NCBI RefSeq assembly: GCF_009914755.1 | Contig: NC_060947.1 | Length of the DNA stretch: 64,000 nt | Source of the DNA: the human T2T-CHM13v2.0 reference genome, Homo sapiens | Direction: 5' to 3' (one strand) | Part shown: positions 39,201 to 51,900 of the stretch, piece after piece | Layout: each line of letters begins with the position of its first letter | Position numbering within the stretch: the first letter of the stretch is position 1 | The notes under the pieces: generated by a model | What the model was told of the DNA's origin: nothing | Seen by the model: the letters and a program-made list of their open reading frames with translations, nothing else | Databases searched by the model: none | Made by a program: the position numbers and the translations under genes

Positions 39201-40699
39201 GTGGTCCAAATATCCACTTGCAGATTCTACAGAAAGAGTGTTTCGAACCTGAACTCTCAAAGGCAGGTTCATCTCTGCGAGTTAAATGCATTCATCATGA
39301 AGAACTTTCTCAGAGTGTTTGTGTTTAGTTATGGGAAATTATTCCCGTTTCCAATGAAATCCTCAGAGAGCTCCAAATATCCACCTGCAGATTCTACCAA
39401 AAGTGTATTTGGAAACTGCTCCATCAACAGGCATGTTCAGCTCTGTGAGTGAAACTCCATCATCACAAAGAACATTCTGAGAATGCTTCCGTTTGCCTTT
39501 TATATGAAGTTCCTTCCTATACGACCGTAGGCCTCAAAGCAGTCCAAATCTCCATTTGCAGATTCTACAAAAAGAGTGATTCCAATCTGCTCTATCAATA
39601 GGATTGTTCAACTCCATGAGTTGAATGCCATCCTCACAAAGTAGTTTCTGAGAATGCTTCTATCTAGTTTTTATGTGAAGATATTTCCTTTTCCACCACA
39701 GGCCTCAAAGCCCTCCAAACGTCCACTTGCAGATTCTCGAAAAAGAGTGTTTCATAGCTGCTCTTTCAAAAGGAAAGTTCAACTCTGGCAGTTGAATACA
39801 AACATCACAAAGTAGTTTCCGAGAATGCTTCTGTTTAGTTTTTATGTGAAGATGATCCCGTTTCCAGTGAAATCTTCAAAGAGGTCCACATATCCCCTTG
39901 CAGATTCCAAAGAAAGAGGGTTTCAAAACTGCTCCATCAGAAGGATTGTTCAACTCTGTGAGTTGAATGCAGTCATCGCAGAAAACTTTCTGAGAATGCT
40001 TCTGTCTAGGTTTGATGTGAAGATATAGACGTTTCAAACGAAGGCTACAAAGTGGTCAAAATATACACTTGCAGATTCTACTACAAGGGTGTTGCAAACC
40101 TGAACTATCAAAGGAAGGTTCAACTCTGTGAGTTGAATACAAACATCACAAAGAATGTTCTGAGTTTGCTTCCGTTCAGTTATGGGAAGTTGATCCCGTT
40201 TCCAACGAAATCCTCAGAGAGGTCCAAATATCCCCTTGCAGATTCTACAAAACGTGTGTTTGGAAACTGCTCCATCATAACGAATGTTCAGCTCCCTGAG
40301 TTAAACTCCATCGTCACAAAGAATTTTCTGAGAGTGCTACCGTCTGGTTTTTATATGAAGTTCTTTCCTTCACTACCACAGGCCTCAAAGCGGTCCAAAT
40401 CTCCACTTGCAGATTCTACAAAAAGAGTGTTTGCAAACTGCTCTATCAAAAGGAATGTTCAACTCTGGGAGTTGAATGCAATCATCACAGAGCAGTTTCT
40501 GAGAATGCTTCTATGTCGTTTTTAGGAGAAGATATTTCCTTTTCCAACACAGTCCTCCAAGCCCGCTAAATAGCCACTTGCACATTGTAGAAAAAGTGTG
40601 TCAAAGCTGCGCTATCAAAGGGAAAGTTCAACTCTGTGAGGTGAATGCAAACATCCCAAAGAAGTTTCTGAGAATGCTTCCGTTTAGCTTTTAGGTGAA

Positions 40700-43600
40700 G
40701 ATTATCCCGTTTCCAACGAAACCTTCAAAGAGGTCCAAATATCCCCTTGCGGATCCCACAGAAAGAGTGTTTCGAAACTGCTGTTTCAAAAGGAATCTTC
40801 AACTCTGTGAGTTGAATGCAATCATCACAAAGAAGTTTCTGACAATGCTTCTCTCTCGTCTTTCTGTGAAGATAAAGGAAAAGGCTTTCAGGCCTTTGCC
40901 ACCACAGGCCTGAAAGCGCTCCAAATGTCCACTTGCAGATTCTGCCAAAAGAATATTTCAAAACTGCTCTATGAAAAGCAATGTTAAACTCTGCGGCTCG
41001 AACACAAACATCACAAAGCGGTTTCTGAGAATGCTTCAGTTTAGTTTTTCTGTGGAAATATTCCCGTTTCCAAAGAAATCTTCAAAGAGGTCCACGTATC
41101 CACTTACAGATTCTACAAAAAGACAGTTTCAAAACTACTCCATCAAAAGGAGGGTTCAACTGTGTGACTTGAATGCAATCATCACTCAGAAGTTTCTGAG
41201 AATGCTTCTCTTTAGTTTTTACGTGAACATATACCCGTTTCGAACGAAGGCCAGCCAGTGGTCCAAATATCCACTTGCAGATTCTACAGAAAGAGTGTTT
41301 CGAACCTGAACTCTCAAAGGCAGGTTCATCTCTGCGAGTTAAATGCATTCATCATGAAGAACTTTCTCAGAGTGTTTGTGTTTAGTTATGGGAAATTATT
41401 CCCGTTTCCAACGAAATCCTCAGAGAGCTCCAAATATCCACCTGCAGATTCTACCAAAAGTGTATTTGGAAACTGCTCCATCAAAAGGCATGTTCAGCTC
41501 TGTCAGTGAAACTCCATCATCACAAAGAATATTCTGAGAATGCTTCCGTTTGCCTTTTATATGAAGTTCCTTCCTGTACTACCGTAGGCCTCAAAGCAGT
41601 CCAAATCTCCATTTGCAGATTCTACAAAAAGAGTGATTCCAATCTGCTCTATCAATAGGATTGTTCAACTCCATGAGTTGAATGCCATCCTCACAAAGTC
41701 GTTTCTGAGAATGCTTCTATCTGGTTTTTGTGTGAAGATATTTCCTTTTCCACCACAGGCCTCAAAGCCCTCCAAACGTCCACTTGCAGATTCTCGAAAA
41801 AGAGTGTTTCATAGCTGCTCTTTCAAAAGGAAAGTTCAACTCTGGGAGTTGAATACAAACATCACAAAATAGTTTCCGAGAATGCTTCTGTTTAGTTTTT
41901 ATGTGAAGATGATCCCGTTTCCAGTGAAATCTTCAAAGAGGTCCACATATCCCCTTGCAGATTCCAAAGAAAGAGGGTTTCAAAACTGCTCCATCAGAAG
42001 GATTGTTCAACTCTGTGAGTTGAATGCAGTCATCGCAGAAAACTTTCTGAGAATGCTTCTGTCTAGGTTTGATGTGAAGATATAGACGTTTCAAACGAAG
42101 GCTACAAAGTGGTCAAAATATACACTTGCAGATTCTACTACAAGGGTGTTGCAAACCTGAACTATCAAAGGAAGGTTCAACTCTGTGAATTGAATACAAA
42201 CATCACAAAGAATGTTCTGAGTTTGCTTCCGTTCAGTTATGGGAAGTTGATCCCGTTTCCAACGAAATCCTCAGAGAGGTCCAAATATCCCCTCGCAGAT
42301 TCTACAAAACGTGTGTTTGGAAACTGCTCCATCATAACGAATGTTCAGCTCCCTGAGTTAAACTCCATCGTCACAAAGAATTTTCTGAGAGTGCTACCGT
42401 CTGGTTTTTATATGAAGTTCTTTCCTTCACTACCACAGGCCTCAAAGCGGTCCAAATCTCCACTTGCAGATTCTACAAAAAGAGTGTTTGCAAACTGCTC
42501 TATCAAAAGGAATGTTCAACTCTGGGAGTTGAATGCAATCATCACAGAGCAGTTTCTGAGAATGCTTCTATGTCGTTTTTAGGAGAAGATATTTCCTTTT
42601 CCAACACAGTCCTCCAAGCCCGCTAAATAGCCACTTGCACATTGTAGAAAAAGTGTGTCAAAGCTGCGCTATCAAAGGGAAAGTTCAACTCTGTGAGGTG
42701 AATGCAAACATCCCAAAGAAGTTTCTGAGAATGCTTCCGTTTAGCTTTTAGGTGAAGATTATCCCGTTTCCAACGAAACCTTCAAAGAGGTCCAAATATC
42801 CCCTTGCGGATCCCACAGAAAGAGTGTTTCGAAACTGCTGTTTCAAAAGGAATCTTCAACTCTGTGAGTTGAATGCAATCATCACAAAGAAGTTTCTGAC
42901 AATGCTTCTCTCTCGTCTTTCTGTGAAGATAAAGGAAAAGGCTTTCAGGCCTTTTCCACCACAGGCCTGAAAGCGCTCCAAATGTCCACTTGCAGATTCT
43001 GCGAAAAGAATATTTCAAAACTGCTCTATGAAAAGCAATGTTAAACTCTGTGGCTGGAACACAAACATCACAAAGCGGTTTCTGAGAATGTTTCAGTTTA
43101 GTTTTTCTGTGGAAATATTCCCGTTTCCAAAGAAATCTTCAAAGAGGTCCACGTATCCACTTACAGATTCTACAAAAAGACAGTTTCAAAACTGCTCCAT
43201 CAAAAGGAGGGTTCAACTGTGTGACTTGAATGCAATCATCACTCAGAAGTTTCTGAGAATGCTTCTCTTTAGTTTTTACGTGAACATATACCCGTTTCGA
43301 ACGAAGGCCACCCAGTGGTCCAAATATCCACTTGCAGATTCTACAGAAAGAGTGTTTCGAACCTGAACTCTCAAAGGCAGGTTCATCTCTGCGAGTTAAA
43401 TGCATTCATCATGAAGAACTTTCTCAGAGTGTTTGTGCTTAGTTATGGGAAATTATTCCCGTTTCCAACGAAATCCTCAGAGTGGTCCAAATATCCACCT
43501 GCAGATTCTACCAAAAGTGTATTTGGAAACTGCTCCATCAAAAGGCATGTTCAGCTCTGTGAGTGAAACTCCATCATCACAAAGAATATTCTGAGAATGC

Positions 43601-46600
43601 TTCCGTTTGCCTTTTATCTGAAGTTCCTTCCTATACGACCGTAGGCCTCAAAGCAGTCCAAATCTCCATTTGCAGATTCTACAAAAAGAGTGATTCCAAT
43701 CTGCTCTATCAATAGGATTGTTCAACTCCATGAGTTGAATGCCATCCTCACAAAGTCGTTTCTGAGAATGCTTCTATCTAGTTTTTATGTGAAGATATTT
43801 CCTTTTCCACCACAGGCCTCAAAGCCCTCCAAACGTCCACTTGCAGATTCTCGAAAAAGAGTGTTTCATAGCTGCTCTTTCAAAAGGAAAGTTCAACTCT
43901 GGCAGTTGAATACAAACATCACAAAGTAGTTTCCGAGAATGCTTCTGTTTAGTTTTTATGTGAAGATGATCCCGTTTCCAGTGAAATCTTCAAAGAGGTC
44001 CACATATCCCCTTGCAGATTCCAAAGAAAGAGGGTTTCAAAACTGCTCCATCAGAAGGATTGTTCAACTCTGTGAGTTGAATGCAGTCATCGCAGAAAAC
44101 TTTCTGAGAATGCTTCTGTCTAGGTTTGATGTGAAGATATAGACGTTTCAAACGAAGGCTACAAAGTGGTCAAAATATACACTTGCAGATTCTACTACAA
44201 GGGTGTTGCAAACCTGAACTATCAAAGGAAGGTTCAACTCTGTGAGTTGAATACAAACATCACAAAGAATGTTCTGAGTTTGCTTCCGTTCAGTTATGGG
44301 AAGTTGATCCCGTTTCCAACGAAATCCTCAGAGAGGTCCAAATATCCCCTTGCAGATTCTACAAAACGTGTGTTTGGAAACTGCTCCATCATAACGAATG
44401 TTCAGCTCCCTGAGTTAAACTCCATCGTCGCAAAGAATTTTCTGAGAGTGCTACCGTCTGGTTTTTATATGAAGTTCTTTCCTTCACTACCACAGGCCTC
44501 AAAGCGGTCCAAATCTCCACTTGCAGATTCTACAAAAAGAGTGTTTGCAAACTGCTCTATCAAAAGGAATGTTCAACTCTGGGAGTTGAATGCAATCATC
44601 ACAGAGCAGTTTCTGAGAATGCTTCTATGTCGTTTTTAGGAGAAGATATTTCCTTTTCCAACACAGTCCTCCAAGCCCGCTAAATAGCCACTTGCACATT
44701 GTAGAAAAAGTGTGTCAAAGCTGCGCTATCAAAGGGAAAGTTCAACTCTGTGAGGTGAATGCAAACATCCCAAAGAAGTTTCTGAGAATGCTTCCGTTTA
44801 GCTTTTAGGTGAAGATTATCCCGTTTCCAACGAAACCTTCAAAGAGGTCCAAATATCCCCTTGCGGATCCCACAGAAAGAGTGTTTCGAAACTGCTGTTT
44901 CAAAAGGAATCTTCAACTCTGTGAGTTGAATGCAATCATCACAAAGAAGTTTCTGACAATGCTTCTCTCTCGTCTTTCTGTGAAGATAAAGGAAAAGGCT
45001 TTCAGGCCTTTGCCACCACAGGCCTGAAAGCGCTCCAAATGTCCACTTGCAGATTCTGCCAAAAGAATATTTCAAAACTGCTCTATGAAAAGCAATGTTA
45101 AACTCTGCGGCTCGAACACAAACATCACAAAGCGGTTTCTGAGAATGCTTCAGTTTAGTTTTTCTGTGGAAATATTCCCGTTTCCAAAGAAATCTTCAAA
45201 GAGGTCCACGTATCCACTTACAGATTCTACAAAAAGACAGTTTCAAAACTGCTCCATCAAAAGGAGGGTTCAACTGTGTGACTTGAATGCAATCATCACT
45301 CAGAAGTTTCTGAGAATGCTTCTCTTTAGTTTTTACGTGAACATATACCCGTTTCGAACGAAGGCCACCCAGTGGTCCAAATATCCACTTGCAGATTCTA
45401 CAGAAAGAGTGTTTCGAACCTGAACTCTCAAAGGCAGGTTCATCTCTGCGAGTTAAATGCATTCATCATGAAGAACTTTCTCAGAGTGTTTGTGTTTAGT
45501 TATGGGAAATTATTCCCGTTTCCAACGAAATCCTCAGAGAGCTCCAAATATCCACCTGCAGATTCTACCAAAAGTGTATTTGGAAACTGCTCCATCAAAA
45601 GGCATGTTCAGCTCTGTCAGTGAAACTCCATCATCACAAAGAATATTCTGAGAATGCTTCCGTTTGCCTTTTATATGAAGTTCCTTCCTGTACTACCGTA
45701 GGCCTCAAAGCAGTCCAAATCTCCATTTGCAGATTCTACAAAAAGAGTGATTCCAATCTGCTCTATCAATAGGATTGTTCAACTCCATGAGTTGAATGCC
45801 ATCCTCACAAAGTCGTTTCTGAGAATGCTTCTATCTGGTTTTTGTGTGAAGATATTTCCTTTTCCACCACAGGCCTCAAAGCCCTCCAAACGTCCACTTG
45901 CAGATTCTCGAAAAAGAGTGTTTCATAGCTGCTCTTTCAAAAGGAAAGTTCAACTCTGGGAATTGAATACAAACATCACAAAATAGTTTCCGAGAATGCT
46001 TCTGTTTAGTTTTTATGTGAAGATGATCCCGTTTCCAGTGAAATCTTCAAAGAGGTCCACATATCCCCTTGCAGATTCCAAAGAAAGAGGGTTTCAAAAC
46101 TGCTCCATCAGAAGGATTGTTCAACTCTGTGAGTTGAATGCAGTCATCGCAGAAAACTTTCTGAGAATGCTTCTGTCTAGGTTTGATGTGAAGATATAGA
46201 CGTTTCAAACGAAGGCTACAAAGTGGTCAAAATATACACTTGCAGATTCTACTACAAGGGTGTTGCAAACCTGAACTATCAAAGGAAGGTTCAGCTCTGT
46301 GAATTGAATACAAACATCACAAAGAATGTTCTGAGTTTGCTTCCGTTCAGTTATGGGAAGTTGATCCCGTTTCCAACGAAATCCTCAGAGAGGTCCAAAT
46401 ATCCCCTCGCAGATTCTACAAAACGTGTGTTTGGAAACTGCTCCATCATAACGAATGTTCAGCTCCCTGAGTTAAACTCCATCGTCACAAAGAATTTTCT
46501 GAGAGTGCTACCGTCTGGTTTTTATATGAAGTTCTTTCCTTCACTACCACAGGCCTCAAAGCGGTCCAAATCTCCACTTGCAGATTCTACAAAAAGAGTG

Positions 46601-48900
46601 TTTGCAAACTGCTCTATCAAAAGGAATGTTCAACTCTGGGAGTTGAATGCAATCATCACAGAGCAGTTTCTGAGAATGCTTCTATGTCGTTTTTAGGAGA
46701 AGATATTTCCTTTTCCAACACAGTCCTCCAAGCCCGCTAAATAGCCACTTGCACATTGTAGAAAAAGTGTGTCAAAGCTGCGCTATCAAAGGGAAAGTTC
46801 AACTCTGTGAGGTGAATGCAAACATCCCAAAGAAGTTTCTGAGAATGCTTCCGTTTAGCTTTTAGGTGAAGATTATCCCGTTTCCAACGAAACCTTCAAA
46901 GAGGTCCAAATATCCCCTTGCGGATCCCACAGAAAGAGTGTTTCGAAACTGCTGTTTCAAAAGGAATCTTCAACTCTGTGAGTTGAATGCAATCATCACA
47001 AAGAAGTTTCTGACAATGCTTCTCTCTCGTCTTTCTGTGAAGATAAAGGAAAAGGCTTTCAGGCCTTTTCCACCACAGGCCTGAAAGCGCTCCAAATGTC
47101 CACTTGCAGATTCTGCGAAAAGAATATTTCAAAACTGCTCTATGAAAAGCAATGTTAAACTCTGTGGCTGGAACACAAACATCACAAAGCGGTTTCTGAG
47201 AATGTTTCAGTTTAGTTTTTCTGTGGAAATATTCCCGTTTCCAAAGAAATCTTCAAAGAGGTCCACGTATCCACTTACAGATTCTACAAAAAGACAGTTT
47301 CAAAACTGCTCCATCAAAAGGAGGGTTCAACTGTGTGACTTGAATGCAATCATCACTCAGAAGTTTCTGAGAATGCTTCTCTTTAGTTTTTACGTGAACA
47401 TATACCCGTTTCGAACGAAGGCCACCCAGTGGTCCAAATATCCACTTGCAGATTCTACAGAAAGAGTGTTTCGAACCTGAACTCTCAAAGGCAGGTTCAT
47501 CTCTGCGAGTTAAATGCATTCATCATGAAGAACTTTCTCAGAGTGTTTGTGCTTAGTTATGGGAAATTATTCCCGTTTCCAACGAAATCCTCAGAGTGGT
47601 CCAAATATCCACCTGCAGATTCTACCAAAAGTGTATTTGGAAACTGCTCCATCAAAAGGCATGTTCAGCTCTGTGAGTGAAACTCCATCATCACAAAGAA
47701 TATTCTGAGAATGCTTCCGTTTGCCTTTTATCTGAAGTTCCTTCCTATACGACCGTAGGCCTCAAAGCAGTCCAAATCTCCATTTGCAGATTCTACAAAA
47801 AGAGTGATTCCAATCTGCTCTATCAATAGGATTGTTCAACTCCATGAGTTGAATGCCATCCTCACAAAGTCGTTTCTGAGAATGCTTCTATCTAGTTTTT
47901 ATGTGAAGATATTTCCTTTTCCACCACAGGCCTCAAAGCCCTCCAAACGTCCACTTGCAGATTCTCGAAAAAGAGTGTTTCATAGCTGCTCTTTCAAAAG
48001 GAAAGTTCAACTCTGGCAGTTGAATACAAACATCACAAAGTAGTTTCCGAGAATGCTTCTGTTTAGTTTTTATGTGAAGATGATCCCGTTTCCAGTGAAA
48101 TCTTCAAAGAGGTCCACATATCCCCTTGCAGATTCCAAAGAAAGAGGGTTTCAAAACTGCTCCATCAGAAGGATTGTTCAACTCTGTGAGTTGAATGCAG
48201 TCATCACAGAAAACTTTCTGAGAATGCTTCTGTCTAGGTTTGATGTGAAGATATAGACGTTTCAAACGAAGGCTACAAAGTGGTCAAAATATACACTTGC
48301 AGATTCTACTACAAGGGTGTTGCAAACCTGAACTATCAAAGGAAGGTTCAACTCTGTGAGTTGAATACAAACATCACAAAGAATGTTCTGAGTTTGCTTC
48401 CGTTCAGTTATGGGAAGTTGATCCCGTTTCCAACGAAATCCTCAGAGAGGTCCAAATATCCCCTTGCAGATTCTACAAAACGTGTGTTTGGAAACTGCTC
48501 CATCATAACGAATGTTCAGCTCCCTGAGTTAAACTCCATCGTCACAAAGAATTTTCTGAGAGTGCTACCGTCTGGTTTTTATATGAAGTTCTTTCCTTCA
48601 CTACCACAGGCCTCAAAGCGGTCCAAATCTCCACTTGCAGATTCTACAAAAAGAGTGTTTGCAAACTGCTCTATCAAAAGGAATGTTCAACTCTGGGAGT
48701 TGAATGCAATCATCACAGAGCAGTTTCTGAGAATGCTTCTATGTCGTTTTTAGGAGAAGATATTTCCTTTTCCAACACAGTCCTCCAAGCCCGCTAAATA
48801 GCCACTTGCACATTGTAGAAAAAGTGTGTCAAAGCTGCGCTATCAAAGGGAAAGTTCAACTCTGTCAGGTGAATGCAAACATCCCAAAGAAGTTTCTGAG
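40700..48900. repeat. Tandem duplication of a 2-HOR block (period 4114 bp); boundaries approximate
   Basis: Rare variants recur 4114 bp apart: TGTCAGTG (~41503/45617), GTGAATTG (~42188/46302), GTGCTTAG (~43438/47552) and AGTGGTCC (~43483/47597). Confidence 0.85.
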
Positions 48901-51900
48901 AATGCTTCCGTTTAGCTTTTAGGTGAAGATTATCCCGTTTCCAACGAAACCTTCAAAGAGGTCCAAATATCCCCTTGCGGATCCCACAGAAAGAGTGTTT
49001 CGAAACTGCTGTTTCAAAAGGAATCTTCAACTCTGTGAGTTGAATGCAATCATCACAAAGAAGTTTCTGACAATGCTTCTCTCTCGTCTTTCTGTGAAGA
49101 TAAAGGAAAAGGCTTTCAGGCCTTTTCCACCACAGGCCTGAAAGCGCTCCAAATGTCCACTTGCAGATTCTGCGAAAAGAATATTTCAAAACTGCTCTAT
49201 GAAAAGCAATGTTAAACTCTGTGGCTCGAACACAAACATCACAAAGCAGTTTCTGAGAATGCTTCAGTTTAGTTTTTCTGTGGAAATATTCCCGTTTCCA
49301 AAGAAATCTTCAAAGAGGTCCACGTATCCACTTACAGATTCTACAAAAAGACAGTTTCAAAACTGCTCCATCAAAAGGAGGGTTCAACTGTGTGACTTGA
49401 ATGCAATCATCACTCAGAAGTTTCTGAGAATGCTTCTCTTTAGTTTTTACGTGAACATATACCCGTTTCGAACGAAGGCCACCCAGTGGTCCAAATATCC
49501 ACTTGCAGATTCTACAGAAAGAGTGTTTCGAACCTGAACTCTCAAAGGCAGGTTCATCTCTGCAAGTTAAATGCATTCATCATGAAGAACTTTCTCAGAG
49601 TGTTTGTGTTTAGTTATGGGAAATTATTCCCGTTTCCAACGAAATCCTCAGAGAGCTCCAAATATCCACCTGCTGATTCTACCAAAAGTGTATTTGGAAA
49701 CTGCTCCATCAAAAGGCATGTTCAGCTCTGTGAGTGAAACTCCATCATCACAAAGAATATTCTGAGAATGCTTCCGTTTGCCTTTTATCTGAAGTTCCTT
49801 CCTATACGACCGTAGGCCTCAAAGCAGTCCAAATCTCCATTTGCAGATTCTACAAAAAGAGTGATTCCAATCTGCTCTATCAATAGGATTGTTCAACTCC
49901 GTGAGTTGAATGCCATCCTCACAAAGTCGTTTCTGAGAATGCTTCTATCTAGTTTTTATGTGAAGATATTTCCTTTTCCACCACAGGCCTCAAAGCCCTC
50001 CAAACGTCCACTTGCAGATTCTCGAAAAAGAGTGTTTCATAGCTGCTCTTTCAAAAGGAAAGTTCAACTCTGGCAGTTGAATACAAACATCACAAAGTAG
50101 TTTCCGAGAATGCTTCTGTTTAGTTTTTATGTGAAGATGATCCCGTTTCCAGTGAAATCTTCAAAGAGGTCCACATATCCCCTTGCAGATTCCAAAGAAA
50201 GAGGGTTTCAAAACTGCTCCATCAGAAGGATTGTTCAACTCTGTGAGTTGAATGCAGTCATCGCAGAAAACTTTCTGAGAATGCTTCTGTCTAGGTTTGA
50301 TGTGAAGATATAGACGTTTCAAACGAAGGCTACAAAGTGGTCAAAATATACACTTGCAGATTCTACTACAAGGGTGTTGCAAACCTGAACTATCAAAGGA
50401 AGGTTCAACTCTGTGAGTTGAATACAAACATCACAAAGAATGTTCTGAGTTTGCTTCCGTTCAGTTATGGGAAGTTGATCCCGTTTCCAACGAAATCCTC
50501 AGAGAGGTCCAAATATCCCCTTGCAGATTCTACAAAACGTGTGTTTGGAAACTGCTCCATCATAACGAATGTTCAGCTCCCTGAGTTAAACTCCATCGTC
50601 ACAAAGAATTTTCTGAGAGTGCTACCGTCTGGTTTTTATATGAAGTTCTTTCCTTCACTACCACAGGCCTCAAAGTGGTCCAAATCTCCACTTGCAGATT
50701 CTACAAAAAGAGTGTTTGCAAACTGCTCTATCAAAAGGAATGTTCAACTCTGGGAGTTGAATGCAATCATCACAGAGCAGTTTCTGAGAATGCTTCTATG
50801 TCGTTTTTAGGAGAAGATATTTCCTTTTCCAACACAGTCCTCCAAGCCCGCTAAATAGCCACTTGCACATTGTAGAAAAAGTGTGTCAAAGCTGCGCTAT
50901 CAAAGGGAAAGTTCAACTCTGTGAGGTGAATGCAAACATCCCAAAGAAGTTTCTGAGAATGCTTCCGTTTAGCTTTTAGGTGAAGATTATCCCGTTTCCA
51001 ACGAAACCTTCAAAGAGGTCCAAATATCCCCTTGCGGATCCCACAGAAAGAGTGTTTCGAAACTGCTGTTTCAAAAGGAATCTTCAACTCTGTGAGTTGA
51101 ATGCAATCATCACAAAGAAGTTTCTGACAATGCTTCTCTCTCGTCTTTCTGTGAAGATAAAGGAAAAGGCTTTCAGGCCTTTTCCACCACAGGCCTGAAA
51201 GCGCTCCAAATGTCCACTTGCAGATTCTGCGAAAAGAATATTTCAAAACTGCTCTATGAAAAGCAATGTTAAACTCTGTGGCTCGAACACAAACATCACA
51301 AAGCAGTTTCTGAGAATGCTTCAGTTTAGTTTTTCTGTGGAAATATTCCCGTTTCCAAAGAAATCTTCAAAGAGGTCCACGTATCCACTTACAGATTCTA
51401 CAAAAAGACAGTTTCAAAACTGCTCCATCAAAAGGAGGGTTCAACTGTGTGACTTGAATGCAATCATCACTCAGAAGTTTCTGAGAATGCTTCTCTTTAG
51501 TTTTTACGTGAACATATACCCGTTTCGAACGAAGGCCACCCAGTGGTCCAAATATCCACTTGCAGATTCTACAGAAAGAGTGTTTCGAACCTGAACTCCC
51601 AAAGGCAGGTTCATCTCTGCGAGTTAAATGCATTCATCATGAAGAACTTTCTCAGAGTGTTTGTGTTTAGTTATGGGAAATTATTCCCGTTTCCAAAGAA
51701 ATCCTCAGAGAGCTCCAAATATCCACCTGCAGATTCTACCAAAAGTGTATTTGGAAACTGCTCCATCAAAAGGCATGTTCAGCTCTGTGAGTGAAACTCC
51801 ATCATCACAAAGAATATTCTGAGAATGCTTCCGTTTGCCTTTTATCTGAAGTTCCTTCCTATACGACCGTAGGCCTCAAAGCAGTCCAAATCTCCATTTG

